NCBI GenBank assembly: GCA_013265495.1
Contig: MU058059.1
Span: 62,001 to 126,000, forward strand
Direction: 5' to 3'
Source: Vicugna vicugna
Lineage: Eukaryota
Length of the DNA stretch: 64,000 bases
In this document: one piece after another, positions 1 through 12,579 of the stretch
Position numbering within the stretch: the stretch's first letter is position 1
Layout: each line of letters starts with the position of its first letter
Position numbers and translations under genes: made by a program
The notes under the pieces: model-generated
What the model was told of the DNA's origin: nothing
What the model saw: the letters and a program-made list of their open reading frames with translations, nothing else
Database searches by the model: none

Positions 1-149
1 GACAGACAGGAGGAGTGTCTTCTGGAATGGGCTGAGAGTCAGAGGTTGGAGATGCCCAACCAGATGGAGTGAGTCCACCAGCGGGGTCAGCACGACGTGT
101 GTAAAGCAGGAGCAGGCAGCCTGACGCTTGAATGCATTTGCATGTTCTT

Positions 150-542
150 TTCATTTTTAATTGACATTTACTTGACTTACAATATTATATTAGTTAGTGT
201 ACAACATAGTGATTAGGTGTACAACTTAGTGATTCAATACTTTTATAGATTATACTCCATATAAAGTTACTATAAAATATTGGCTATATTCCCTGTGCCA
301 TACATTATACCCTTGTATCTTATTTATTTTATACCTAGTAGTTTGTACCTCTAAATGTGGCCCCTGAAACCATGAAACTCCTAGAAGAAAACATAGGTGG
401 TACACTCTGACATCCATCTTAGCAATAATTTTGTAGATCTGTCTCCTTAGGCAAGGGAAACGAACCCAAAAATAAACAAATGGGACCTAATCAAACTTAA
501 AAGCTTTTGCACGGGGAAGGAAACCATTAGCAAAACGAAAAG
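150..542 (-). mobile_element. 5'-truncated, 5'-inverted L1 insertion
   Basis: 150-352 is an L1 3'UTR on the minus strand. 353-542 is an ORF2 fragment on the plus strand (cctgaaaccatgaaactcctagaagaaaacatagg...tgggacctaatcaaacttaaaagcttttgc). TSD gcatttgcatgttctt (134-149) / gcacttgcctgttctt (543-558). Confidence 0.8.
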
Positions 543-1049
543 GCACTTGCCTGTTCTTATAGATCAACCTCTGAGGGCCAGAGGCTGTGGGGTTCAAAAC
601 ATTTTTCAAAACTAAAATGAGTAAATTAAAAGGCTTTCATTTATCTTAGAACAATCCTGTCTTTTTATCCTAATTGATATGGTATTTGATGTCAGTACAA
701 AACCTCTGTCATTTAAGAACAAGGAAGAAAAAAATCCATTAAATATCTATGACCAAAATAGATGCAGCTGGAACAAAAAAGCTTTAGGAAGAACATGCTT
801 TAGAATCTTGAAGTGTCCAAGTACAGACATGATGTATCATTCAACCTAGACATTCCAGTCAAGGACTCTTTAAAATGGGAGCCTGGCACATGATTAGCCC
901 TCAATAAACATCAGGTAATTTCTACCTCCTTCCCCGCACAGCACACCTACAAACGTGGCACATAAGAAAATGGAATAGTTTCCCACCATGCCATTTTTAA
1001 CCAGGCAGTTTTTTCACCTGTAGGGAAGGGGCATAGTGCAATGAATATA

Positions 1050-1222
1050 GTAGAGTTTGGAATCTGGTAGAACTGATTTAAATTTGACTCTGTTACTTAC
1101 TAGACGTGATTTTGGCCCAGTGACCTTAATCTCTTTTAACCTCAGAGTTCTTAAACATAAAATGAGAGCAGGGATACATACTCAGGGAATTACTGTAAGG
1201 ATAAAGATGACATAAATGTATA
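1050..1222 (+). mobile_element. MIR SINE
   Basis: ttacttactagacgtgattttggcccagtgaccttaatctc...cctcagagttc...taaaatgag, matching the MIR core. Confidence 0.65.
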
Positions 1223-1476
1223 TATAAATATTATATATGTAAATATAATATTGATTAAGTAAAAGCTTGTTTCTTGGAATTCAGAAGGTATGTTGGAAGT
1301 GATGGTTAAGTTCCCATGTGGGGCCAGCTCCTACAGCCTGCGACTTCATACTAGAGCTGACCCGGGGTGGTCTGTGTAATGGATCCAAGGCTCTTTTCTC
1401 CTGGGGGTGGGGGGCTGAGGGTGGGGAAGATCAGTGTGCTGGGGGGAATCTGCAGTGGCCTGTGTGTAAGGGGTAG

Positions 1477-1849
1477 TGGGTTAGTCAGGCTTCTCAGTGC
1501 AGAACAGAATCAACAGAGGTTTCTTTTAAAGAATCAGCTCACGTGGTTGTGGGGGTGGCAAGTGTGAAATCTGCCAGGCAGGCTGGTAGGCTAGACGCTC
1601 AGGCAGGAGCTAAGGCTGCCACCTGCAGGCAGGGTTTCTTCTGCTCCTGGAACCCTAGGTCTGTTCTTAGGCCTCCACCTGACTGGCCCACCCATATTTT
1701 CAGGAGTCAGCTCCTTTCCTTCAAGTCAGTTGATTGAAGATGTTAACCATATCTACAAAATTCCTGCCCAGTGACACCTTGATTAGGGTTTGACTAAATA
1801 ACTGGGTCCTCTAGCCTAGCCAGGTGGCCACCCAGAACCAACCATCACA
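1477..1849 (-). mobile_element. MLT2-type (ERVL) solo LTR
   Basis: Ends are ...ttagtcaggcttctc and ...ctagcctagccaggtgg...aaccatcaca (reverse of TGTGATGGTT). 5-bp TSD ggtag/ggtgg. Confidence 0.75.
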
Positions 1850-4800
1850 GGTGGGAACTCGAGCGGCGGCTTCCAGGGTGGTAATCAGGTGCCCAGGGAC
1901 CCCACAAAGGCCATCCGAGCAGCGTGAGCCTCTACTGTGCTGCCTTTGCGCCCAGCACCTGGGAGAGCGCCTGGCACGTGAATTTCATTGATAGGTTTTT
2001 AAGGGCAAGGGAGTCCTCTGTGAAATTGTTGTTTCTTGTTGACAACTGAAGAAGAAAATCTACACATCACACCGTGCTAAATAAAAAGAGAGCTCAGAGA
2101 CCAATCTTTTATGTAAGCCCTTCTACATTCTAAAAGACCAAGAATTCCATAATAACCTGCCTTTGTAAAGCAAATACAGAGCTAACCTAAAAAAATAAGG
2201 ATTTACTCTAATACCCTGCACACCCTACCCATGGAAAACTGTCACAATACTTTAAAACCACTTGTTTACAAATCCTTCTCACTATTCAGTCTGTAAGCAG
2301 CTTGAGATGAGGGATGACGTCATCCCTCGGGCAGGGACTGTGTCTTATTCCTGCTTATCTTCCAGGTCCAAGCAGGTTCTCAGGTAAGATTTAAAACGTG
2401 TAGAATAAAATGAGATGAAATAAAAGTGCTCATGAAGTCTTTTACTACATCACCTGAGTTATACCTGATTTTTGGATCAGTGGGAAGTAAGTGTGGGAAC
2501 CTTTGGTCCTGGACTTTCCTCTACCAATGGCGGGGAAGGTCTGCTCTCTGATGCAGAGCGGGAGGAGGAATGTGTAGGCAAGAGCTGGTTGGGGGGGGCA
2601 TAGTATCATGCGCGGTGAGTCTGGGGGATTGGACGCATAGCCAGCATCCGGAAGAGAGTCTTTGGTGGCCCCCAGGGAGCTGCAATTGGATGTTTCTGTG
2701 GAGGTCTTCAGCGAACCACAACCACATTCCACAGCAGGGTCAAGAGAATGCCACTCAGCCCATCACCAAACCGTGGCAGGGCCAGCCAAGCAGAACCCCA
2801 AAACTGTCATCTCACCCAGTGTGTTCCAAGGCATGTTCTGCGTATCACTCATTCTTAGAAATACTCTGTTGGAAGAGGGTTTCCCAGAATGGGAGAGATC
2901 TGAGGGGTGCTCTATATTTCATAGTTCTCTTAGAGAGTTGCCGTCCGTATTAGCATCTTAAAGATTGCAGAATGTCTGCCAATAAAGAAGCTTGAGTTTA
3001 TCACTCAGTTTATCAAAGTCAATTCCTTTTCTTCAGATGAACATCTCTTCATATCCTGCTTTGATAAATGTCATCATGAAAGGAAGAAGCTGACACCCCG
3101 AATGTAAATTACAGTGTATATGGCTAACACATGGCAGGACTGGGCTCGGATTTCCATCTCTTCTCTCTTGGACCGGTGTGCTTTCAGCTTCATCATACTG
3201 CAACTATTTATCCAGTGAACTCAACAAAATGAAAAAATGATTCACCTACGTGAGTCCTTTTTACAATTTGTTGAACTGTTTTGATCTCCCTCTGTGGGTA
3301 CGTAGACAACAAAAATGGAGAGTGGCTTCTATGTGTAGAAAGGAAAAACCACAACAAAACGCAGGCTTTGGGAACATACACTTTGCCTAAAGCTTATGGC
3401 GTTATTTGTTTCCCTCAGGGAATCTGTGCAAACAACATATAGCAAATAGAGAAATGAAAGTGGCATTAGCTTATAAAAATAGGTATGTGTCTCATGTCTT
3501 GTGTTGTTTATCACGAACTTAGACCATGCTGACCTTTTATGGCAAAAGCTGTAATAAGGTAAGAGTGTCTTATTCAAGATGATGTACGATTATCTTTGGA
3601 TGTAGAAAAATCTTTGCTAAGGGCATACCCCGCCCCCCTCCATTGTTCCTTCACTCGCCAGTTATTGACTGAAATTCAGTCTTTGGTTTTCTCTCCCTGA
3701 CACATACATGACACATACCCACGTTTCCTATTCAGTGATGCTGTTTTTCCCATTACAGAAGTTGTGAACTCCTACAGACAGCGACAATGCAGATATATTT
3801 CATTTGAGAAAGGCTTTTTCGGGTCCCCCCCTCTTTCTTTACCTTTTTGGTAATGAGTCAAACTGACCTGATTCTGGTTCTTCAGTAACAAGGCTGGCTT
3901 CCTGCAATTCATACACACCTCACTGCCGCTGGATGAGTAGGCACTTAACCTCCCACTCAAGTTTGCCATTGTTTGTGCAGAGTAAAAAATTCTGAATTAA
4001 TAGAAAAGTGTTAAATTAAGCTTCACTTATGATATCCCACTTGGCAAAAAATAATTAGTTTCTTTTATCCTGAGATAGATTTGGCTAACACCCAGAAAAC
4101 AAAACAAAATAAAACAAAACAAACCCTTTTGTGTCAGGATGTCCACAGGGGATTTTATTTGTTTAGGAGGACGTAGTTCTTAAATCAGAAAAGAATTAAG
4201 TGGCTTCCTAGTTTCTACCCAAACTAGGCAAATGTTCTGGGGTCACTGGAGGAAGACCCAAACAGAGAATACTTTCTGGAGGTGGGTAAGACATTGTGGA
4301 GTAAAAGGAGGCAGGAAGCTGGGGGAGGGGGCAGGATTTCTTCTCTTCTTCCGTCCTAAGTGCGTCTAGATGTAAATTCGGACCTAATTTCAATTGAGAT
4401 AAATATATGGGGCACAGAAGTAATAAAAATTCAAAAGTGGTTTTTCTTATGTGGTGTTTTAGGGATGGCTTTTGGAACAAGGATCACATACAATTTTTCT
4501 GCGTAATTTTGTAGGAGGCATAATTTTCTTGACTTTTCTATGGAGAAATACATTTACTTGTTTCATCTTGATTTACAAAACATCTTTCCTTTGTTCTTAT
4601 GCTATACAGAAACCGAAAGAAGACATAAAAATTGTGTCCAGGAAGCATCTAGGTATCATGAAATATTTAAATTAGAAGTTTCTAGCACACCGGATCAATA
4701 AAAGTAGAGGAAACCTGGGGCTTCTAACCTGCTTCCCTTTTGCAGCATAGGCTAATCAAGGAGGATTCAATTCAGATAGAATTTTACTATCTTTATTTAG

Positions 4801-5079
4801 GTACTTGAGGATGTAGATTTCCAAAAGATAGATTAATATGTAAAAATTCTGTTATGGCATTAGTTTAATTAACCATGAAAAACTCACAACCCATTTCTTA
4901 TTTGATGGCATAAAGAAAGCATTGATGGAAAGGCTGAAAATACAAAACTAATATCTGTAATTTATTCAACTGATGGATTGGTTTAAAGATTTAGTTACTG
5001 GGCATCTCTTGTAAAAAGCTAAAATCACGATAGTGAATGACGTTGCTCACTGGATTCTTACCATGCTAGTTCTTCAGTA

Positions 5080-5195
5080 TGTAGAATACAATCTCCTTGA
5101 AGGCAGGGATTTTATTTTGTTCAATTCTGTATTCTCAGTGTCTGGAAGTGTGCCTGGCACTTGGTAGATGAGCATTAAGCATTTGCTAAATGAAG
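5080..5195 (+). mobile_element. L2 3' end
   Basis: ctccttgaaggcagggat...gtgcctggcacttggtagatg...atttgctaaatgaa. Confidence 0.65.
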
Positions 5196-5283
5196 GAACA
5201 CTCACTCCCATGTAATGAAGCACTTAATAGATACTTTAAAAAATTGGGTAGATCTGTGTACTAATGCGGAGAGAAGACCAATA

Positions 5284-5512
5284 TGGCTGACCTTTGCACA
5301 ATGCAGGTGTGAACTGCACTGGCCTACTTACACTTGAGTTTTCTTCGATAGTAAATGCCACAGTACTACACAGTTGTGATTGGCTGAGTCCGAGGATTTG
5401 CAATCTCAGATCTGGAGGGACCCAGTATAAGGAGGCGACTATATATTACATGCAAATTTTCTACTGTGTGGAGGGTGGGTGCCCCAACCCCTGCATTTTC
5501 CAAGGTCAACTG
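5284..5512 (+). mobile_element. Tigger2/MER8-MER28-like non-autonomous DNA transposon
   Basis: Degenerate TIRs ggctgacctttgcacaatgcagg ... cctgcattttccaaggtcaactg, similar to the CAGTTGACCCTTGAACAAC type. Confidence 0.7.
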
Positions 5513-8500
5513 TGTCTCTTAGAAAGTCATAGGGGAACATGCTGAATAGTGTTTACAGTTTATATGCATTTTATACGTATATATTTTTGTGTTTAAATAA
5601 ATGCAAGAAATATCAAGGAAAATGTTAAAATGTTAATAGTGGTGCAGTGATGCAGAGGGCTTTTACTTTTAACTCTATACCATTTGTGTTTTTTTCAGAA
5701 TTAACACGTATCAATTTCATTAAAAAAGGAGCTCTGTGGAAAAAACTCCAAACCCACTTTTCTTTAAAAAAAAATGAAATCTGCAGAAAGACTGCAAATT
5801 TACAGCCAGGATAGGTCTGTTTATTTAGAATTTGTGTTGTCTTTACTTGATCCCAATCTACAGATACTATTCTGTCTCTTGCAAAGAAAACCTAAGGAAG
5901 AGGTTTCAACTGGAAATTGATGAAAGTTGGGGAGGAGAATCAGGAAACAGAATCTTTTAAGAAGTATTATTGAAGATACTGTGCTTTCCTATTTTTTTCA
6001 GCTTGGGTTAGAATTTTATATTTAAAGTTAAGAATATTTGCATGTAATCATATGCAAAACCCCATATGTTCTGTATCAGTCTGTACCTCTTATTTTCAAT
6101 GAGATAAAATAGCTTACTTAAAGTTGAATTTTCCCATTGGGTTTAGACGATTCAGCTGTTTATCCAGCAGGACTTTGCTTAAAAATAGATGGGATGACAT
6201 TTGTGGGTGCTTTTGAAAAAATATCCTTTGGAGAAAGCAGCAGAACTCTAATGCCACGTTTACCATTTACATTATATAAGAAAGGCAAGTTTTGTGTAAT
6301 GAGGATTTCATGTTATTTATTCTCCTAACATATAAACTATAGCTCTTTTGAAACCAGTCACAATCATTGGATGTATAAGGATATCTCATCTTAGTTTTAC
6401 TTGCTGGTGATGGTGATTAATTTCAGGGAAACTTTAAATATGGTTGGAAAGAGTTTCTTATGATCGTACATGGAAAAAGTCTATTTCTTCACCCTTCTAA
6501 TTATGTACTTTCCCCCCATAATTCTTCCATCAACTATTTATTGAGTGCCTGCTCTGTGGCAGGCACCATGGTTACAAAAATCAACATGGAGATGATTTTG
6601 AGTCCATTTTGCCTGACTTTATAGACCAATTTAATAATGTTTCTACCGACCTGCCAAAAAATAAAACGTGGTTAACCTCCTGTCATGTGATTCCGTAGAG
6701 TCTAGGACAAGAATTAAAATAGATTGAGCTTAAAATGTATTGTCACCCCAAATTTCCAGCCACGTTGACATCCAGGAGAATACAGTCAATTTAAGCCTGA
6801 AACATTAAAATCAGTGTTCCAATCTTGGTAGCCTTGCTGATGTGGCAAAGGATTATGACACCCGGAGGAAATGAAACCAAATGCATCACTTTCCCACCCA
6901 GAAAAGCACTCCTATCTTAGCATCCTACCGATTTTATTTATTAAAAAATACACTTTCCGAGGAAATTGCATTTATTGGGTCATATGAAAGAGGAAATTAG
7001 GTCTATGTGAGGGCAGGGGCGTGTGGCATCACCATGCCACAGTCTTAGCCTCGGTTTTTATAGAACTTGTCTCTGAAGACTCATGAAGTAATGGCATTAG
7101 ATTCTCTCGTCCTTTGTCAGTGTTTCCCTGACCTGGAATGCTGTCACCCAGATGGCAGGTGAGCGGTATCTGCCCACTGAGGAGGAGGGGCGCACTTCAC
7201 CCTGTCGTGCTACATGACTTGAATGCCTGGCTTGCTCCAGCGGACCTTGCCACCCGTCCCTGCTCTGAGGTGGCCTGCTGCCCCTAGCCATCGCAGGGGG
7301 CTGTCAGGTTAAGAGGGAGAACGCAGCGTCCTTTCTGCCACAGCCCCGGGGAATTGATGTCTCCCAGGCAGCCTGAGTGCCTCTCCTCCCGGATGCATTG
7401 TTTCATCACGACTGTACTTTCTGTGAATGCTTTTAATGGTCTAGGTCACCCCTCAACTCCCCGCCGCCCCCTCCAAGTGCAGGGATTTTGTGTTTTCCTT
7501 TGAATAGCAAGGTATAGTTTAGAGTTCCCTGCGGCGTTCTATAAAAGTGAGACGTACTAACGAGGAACCGCGGAGCAGGCTCTCGAAGCCCTGGGGCTGG
7601 CTACAGGAGCACCCTGAATGCGAGGAAAGAAGTCAGTTTCCAGCACAAAGGCAAGCTGTAGCCTCTCATTAGGTCCAACCGCTGCACGTGAAAACGCATG
7701 TTCATAGAACAGTGCTGGCGTTTGGGGTGGGGGGAACCGTGTCGTGTGGACTACGTTTTTAAGATGTGTTTTCCATCTTCTTCAAAATCCAAACATCTGT
7801 TATTTTCTTTCTTCTTTCCCTTTTATGTTGAAACCTCCATTATAACGAATTAGCTCTCCCTCCTCAGTAACTTCAAGTGTTTGTTTCCCTTCTCTAAAAA
7901 GGAAGCACGTAGATGTGGGCGACACTTCAGTTTATCCCCCCTCACTCGTATGTGATTTTTGACTCTGGGTGACTACATTAGTTTGGTCAGGCAATGAACA
8001 GTATTAATCTTATATCTTATACAAATGTGCCCTCTTCGTAAACAAAACTTTCAAAAATACCCAATTTTTAAAACCCTTAGACTTGATTTATAATTTTGTT
8101 TCGAGAAAGCCAAATTTCTCGGATTGTTAAAGTCACGTGCAGTGATGAATGCAAATACTAAATGTGTTTCCTCTCTCCAGATTATAGGGTAGTTTGGAAA
8201 AGAGACAAAAATAAAATAAAACCCTGGTACATTCCTAGTTGATGACATCTAATTTCTTGGTAATTTTTAAATAATGGAGATTGGGGTGGAGTCATGGAAT
8301 TAAAACCATGGAGAGGAAAGAGAGAAGGCAGAAACTGTATTACAATAATAGTCAACCGTTTGTGGTAAGAAAGCTTCAAAGAGTGGGTACAAGAACTGAG
8401 TTTTCCTTCTGGTTGAGCCTGACAGAATTTTTCTCTGACTGTAAACACAGGGCTTGATCACAGAGTAATAAGAGTGAGTAAAAATGTAAGTAGTTGACTT

Positions 8501-9078
8501 GAAGTCAGGAAATATTAAAATGCTGGTTGTTCTTTTTTCAAGACAGTTTTAAAAAAAAAATTTAAGCAATTCATCAGTTTTTAGGCACGCTGATCAGGGT
8601 CTTTTAGGTGCTCAGGAACAGTCCATTTTGTGGTTGATCAAGAAATCGGACTAGAAACCCCCCGCAGCTGTGAAGCACAGCCGCTGGGCGTGGTTGGTAC
8701 ACATATTTGTACAGTCTGCCTGCAGTGCATGGCATCGTGCCTCGCACACGAAGGAAGTGTTCAAATTGTACATGTCTGGTGTAGGAGGGAAGCTGGGGTT
8801 TCCCCTTTCCCCCTCATTACCCAGTCTGGTAAGAGCTGCAGCTTTCTCTGTTCACAGTAATGGAGAAACCCTTAGAGCCAGGTCGATAACTGTGTAAGTC
8901 AACGTTTACGAACTCCTTCAAAAGGATGTCGGAAGGGAATAAAGTAGTTTATAATTCGTTCCTGAGACTTCGACATATTAACTGAGCCTTTGGAACTGCT
9001 TGCTGCTTGTTGGGTAGATGGTATAGATGGTTAATGACTTGGTAATGTATTAGTGATGTTTTTATTTCATTGAAAGTA

Positions 9079-9320
9079 ATTTTTAAAATTGAAGTATAGT
9101 TGATTTATAATATTGGGTTAGTTTCAGGGGTACGGCGTAGTGATTCAGTATTTTTGCAGATTATAGTCCACTGTAGGTAACATCCTTGTTGCTTATCTAT
9201 TTTCATAGTAGTTAGTACCTGTTAATCCCATGCCCCTAATTTGTCCCTCCCTCCTTCTCTCTTCCCTGTGGTAACCACAAGTTTATTTTCTGTATCTGTG
9301 AGTCTGTTTGTATAAGATAA
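9079..9320 (-). mobile_element. L1 3'UTR fragment (artiodactyl type)
   Basis: ttgaagtatagttgatttataatatt...tggtaaccacaagtttattttctgtatctgtgagtctg. Confidence 0.75.
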
Positions 9321-9959
9321 TTTTATTCCAGATGTGAACATGACATGTTGATTATTGCTCTTACTATTCACTGTTATATAAAAAAGATGATAGTAGCAAC
9401 CATAAACAACAGTAGCATGCATCGAACAGGATCAGTTTATCTTTTTTAAGGAAAAAATTGTGACTTTGAGACAATTTTTCCTCACATGTGAAATGCAATA
9501 GGTAAAAACCCGCCTTGAAAGTAGATCAGTGTGCAGTTACATGTTATTTCATTGTTTTATAGTTGCCTCGGTTAAAAAAAGACCATGTCATCTGAGAGAT
9601 GGCAGGTGAGACCTGGGCGTCAAGAAAGCCTGCTCTGAAATCCCAGCTTGGATTCCGAGTGGCGTTTTGAACTATCCAGGAGGGATGCATGCCTGCTGCA
9701 CGCATGAAGCAAGGCTGGTGTTACTTGCTTTTATAATTCCTTGCTTTCGAGAGACTACGATAGGAGGCCTTTCTTGTTCTAGACTGTGACCCTGGGGTTC
9801 ATGAACTGTATGATTTTCTTTATTCTGCGATAACCCTGCCCACAGGATTCAATTAATGAATCCATTCATCCATCCATTCATTCACATTTATTTTTCGTTC
9901 TGGAAGCCCCCTGGTATCTTTTTTTCTTTTCTTTTCTTTTCGTTTGGTGTGTGCGCTCC

Positions 9960-10160
9960 TCCCAGCTTTACTGAACTATAACTGATATATAACATTGTGG
10001 TAATGTAAGGCGTACAACCTGTTGATTTTACATGCTTATATATTGTAAAGTGACGACCACCGTGGCTTCAGCTGTCACATCACTGCATCGCTTAAATGTT
10101 GTGTGTGTGTGTAGATAGATGTGTGTGTGTGTGTGGTGACAATGTTTAAGACTCACATTT
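9960..10160 (-). mobile_element. L1MA-type 3' end with (TG)n
   Basis: cagctttactgaactataactga...aaggcgtacaac...tgtgtgtggtgacaatgtttaagact. Confidence 0.6.
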
Positions 10161-11111
10161 GCTAAGTGCGTCCCGTGTCCTGCGGGAGCAGAAGGCACAG
10201 TGCTAGTAGACCGGTATTTGACTGCAGGGATCTCAGTCTGCACTGGAGGTGGGGGTGGGACCCGTGGGGGGGGGCGCAGCAAGCCCTGCAGTGTGGTCTC
10301 AGCGAAGTGAGGCGCTCCTGAAGATTGCCCACTAGACCGTGCGCTGAGCACGGAAGCCGGCTTCAAGGACGTCACTCTTGACTTGGGACTGGAGTGGTGG
10401 TCAGGACTGCTGGCTGGGCCCGGGGAGAAGGCGGTATTAGAGGGGAGGAGGCAGCCTATGTGGAGGCCTGGCCTTGAGAAAAGGCAGTGTGTTCAAATTA
10501 GGTGCAACACATGGAGATTTCAAAAGACACAGACCTCACCTCGGCCCAAGGCCTCTGGGAGGTACTGCTTCATAGATTAAGCTGAAGACACTCAGTCTCC
10601 TGCTGATGGTCCTGCCTTAGTTTAAAGCATAAAGGTCTTTCTCAAAATGCCTTTCCTTGGATTGTGTTTTTCCGTCAGTAAGAGGGCGCTGAGAACAATC
10701 AGATGGCTGCTTTGGATTCTGTGGATCATTTCTAAGCCGCGTTCCCTCCCCTCCTCCACATGCCGGGGAGCCCAGTGAAGTCCCCCAAACGTGCACTTCT
10801 TCTGAACTGGCCACTGCTTGCTGGACTGGGCATTCTGCCCTGCCAGCACACCTTCTCCCTCAGCCACACTCATCACCTCCCGCCGCCACCAGACCTCACT
10901 TCCGTTTCTGCCCAAATCCCCACGCAGGCCTTACCCTCTCTCCTCCTGGACTTGCTCTGACACTCAGCCCTCTGATGCCTCCCACCGCGTGCCAGGAGCA
11001 CAGCCCGTACTCGGAGGGCCTCTCCACCCCACACAGCAGCCTCTGTAATAGCTCCTTTCTTAGAGTATTAGCTCATTTGGAATCATCTTTCACTTCCTAA
11101 AATATCATCAC

Positions 11112-11540
11112 TGTATTAGTTCCTCTGGCTGCCGTATCAGATTATACACACTTAGTGGCTTAAAACAACTCACATTTCTTCTGGAAGCTAGAAGTCTCAG
11201 ATTGCTTTCCTCGGCTGAAACCAACTATCTTGGGCAGTGTGGAGCTCCCTCTGGAAGCTCTCAGGGAGAGGCCACATCTTGGCCTTGTCCACTCTCCTCC
11301 ACTTCAAAAACCACAGCACGGCGTCCTCACGTCTCTGTTTCCATGGTCACTTGGCCTTCCTCTGTGCTCAAGTCTCCCCCTGCTTCCCTCTCACAGGGAC
11401 ACTTGTGATTACATTAGGGCTCACCCAGAGAATCCAGGATAACTTTCCCATCCCAAGATCCTTAACTTAATCACACCGCAAAGTCACATTTGCCATAAAG
11501 AGCAACACAATTTTCTAGGATTCGGATGGGCCCTATTCAG
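11112..11540 (-). mobile_element. MLT1C/D-type MaLR LTR
   Basis: tgtattagttcctctggctgccgta...ttagtggcttaaaacaac...cacttgtgattacattagggctcacccagagaatccaggataa...ccttaacttaatcaca. Confidence 0.75.
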
Positions 11541-11584
11541 AGTCCTTTCCCCATACACGCCAACCACCAGCGCTGCCCACATGG

Positions 11585-11770
11585 ATGAGTACTTACTCTG
11601 TGCCAGGTGGCACTCTACGAGGTCGGCACGGTTCCTATCTCTGTTTTATAGATGGAGAAACTGAGGCACGGAAAGGTCAACTGACCTCTCAAGGCCACAG
11701 AAATACAGAAATGGTGGAAAGAGCTTCCACACCGAGGTCCGTCCGGTTCGAAAACCTTTGCCCCTCACAC
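11585..11770 (-). mobile_element. MIR SINE
   Basis: gagtacttactctgtgccagg...ttttatagatggagaaactgaggcacggaaagg. Confidence 0.7.
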
Positions 11771-11942
11771 AATGCTGTACACAACGCTGTGTGGGTTTAG
11801 ATCCCAAGGACCCTAAAGACAGTCACTGTCAACCCCAAATGGATCCTTTCCCAGAAGTTGTGTATGTCCCTCTGCTAGCTGCGTTTCTAGATCTTTCTCC
11901 GGCAGGGAGCACTGCTAACTGGGCGGCAGCAGCAGCAGCCTG

Positions 11943-11966
11943 CCCCCCCCCCCCCCCCCCCCCCCC
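11943..11966. repeat. (C)24 homopolymer
   Basis: Directly visible. Confidence 0.95.
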
Positions 11967-12579
11967 ACGGTCGGCTGCGCCCAGGCCAGGGCGCTGTGGG
12001 AAGGGGGTCACAGAGCAGGACCGGGAGGAAGGGCGTGCTGAGAAGGACAGTGGCAATGGAACAGACGTGTGAGGCCCGGCGACTGTCACCGCAGAGAGAG
12101 CCAGAAAGGCAGCACAGCCTGGTAGTCGCTGAGGCTGAGGAAGAAAGCTGGGAAAGAAAGAATACAGCCCAAAGAAGGGTGCTTTCAGGTTATCAAGAGG
12201 GGAAAGGTGCCCTCAGGGCAGACCTGGGGGGTCGGAAAGCAAACGAACAGGCCAGGCAGGGAAAAGTCAAGTTTTCTATGATCCACTGTTTATTTTGAAG
12301 ACTAAAGATTCCCCTCCCTCTAAGGCGGCAGCGGGCCCCGTGGAGGATGGTGACAATCCAACAGACCGCGGGGCCCATTGGTTAACATCAGGGTTACTCA
12401 CGGCGACTTGAGCCCCAGTTCTCTCACTTATAAAACAGGAATAAGCATGAAGACTGAAGAGTGTAAGGGACCTCCTTCGGCACAGCCCTTCACAGGACTG
12501 GCTGACAGAGTCGTTGCATTCAGTTTCCACCGCCTCATCAAAGCAATGGGATAAAGCTCGCTGAGGGGTTGTTCAGGCG

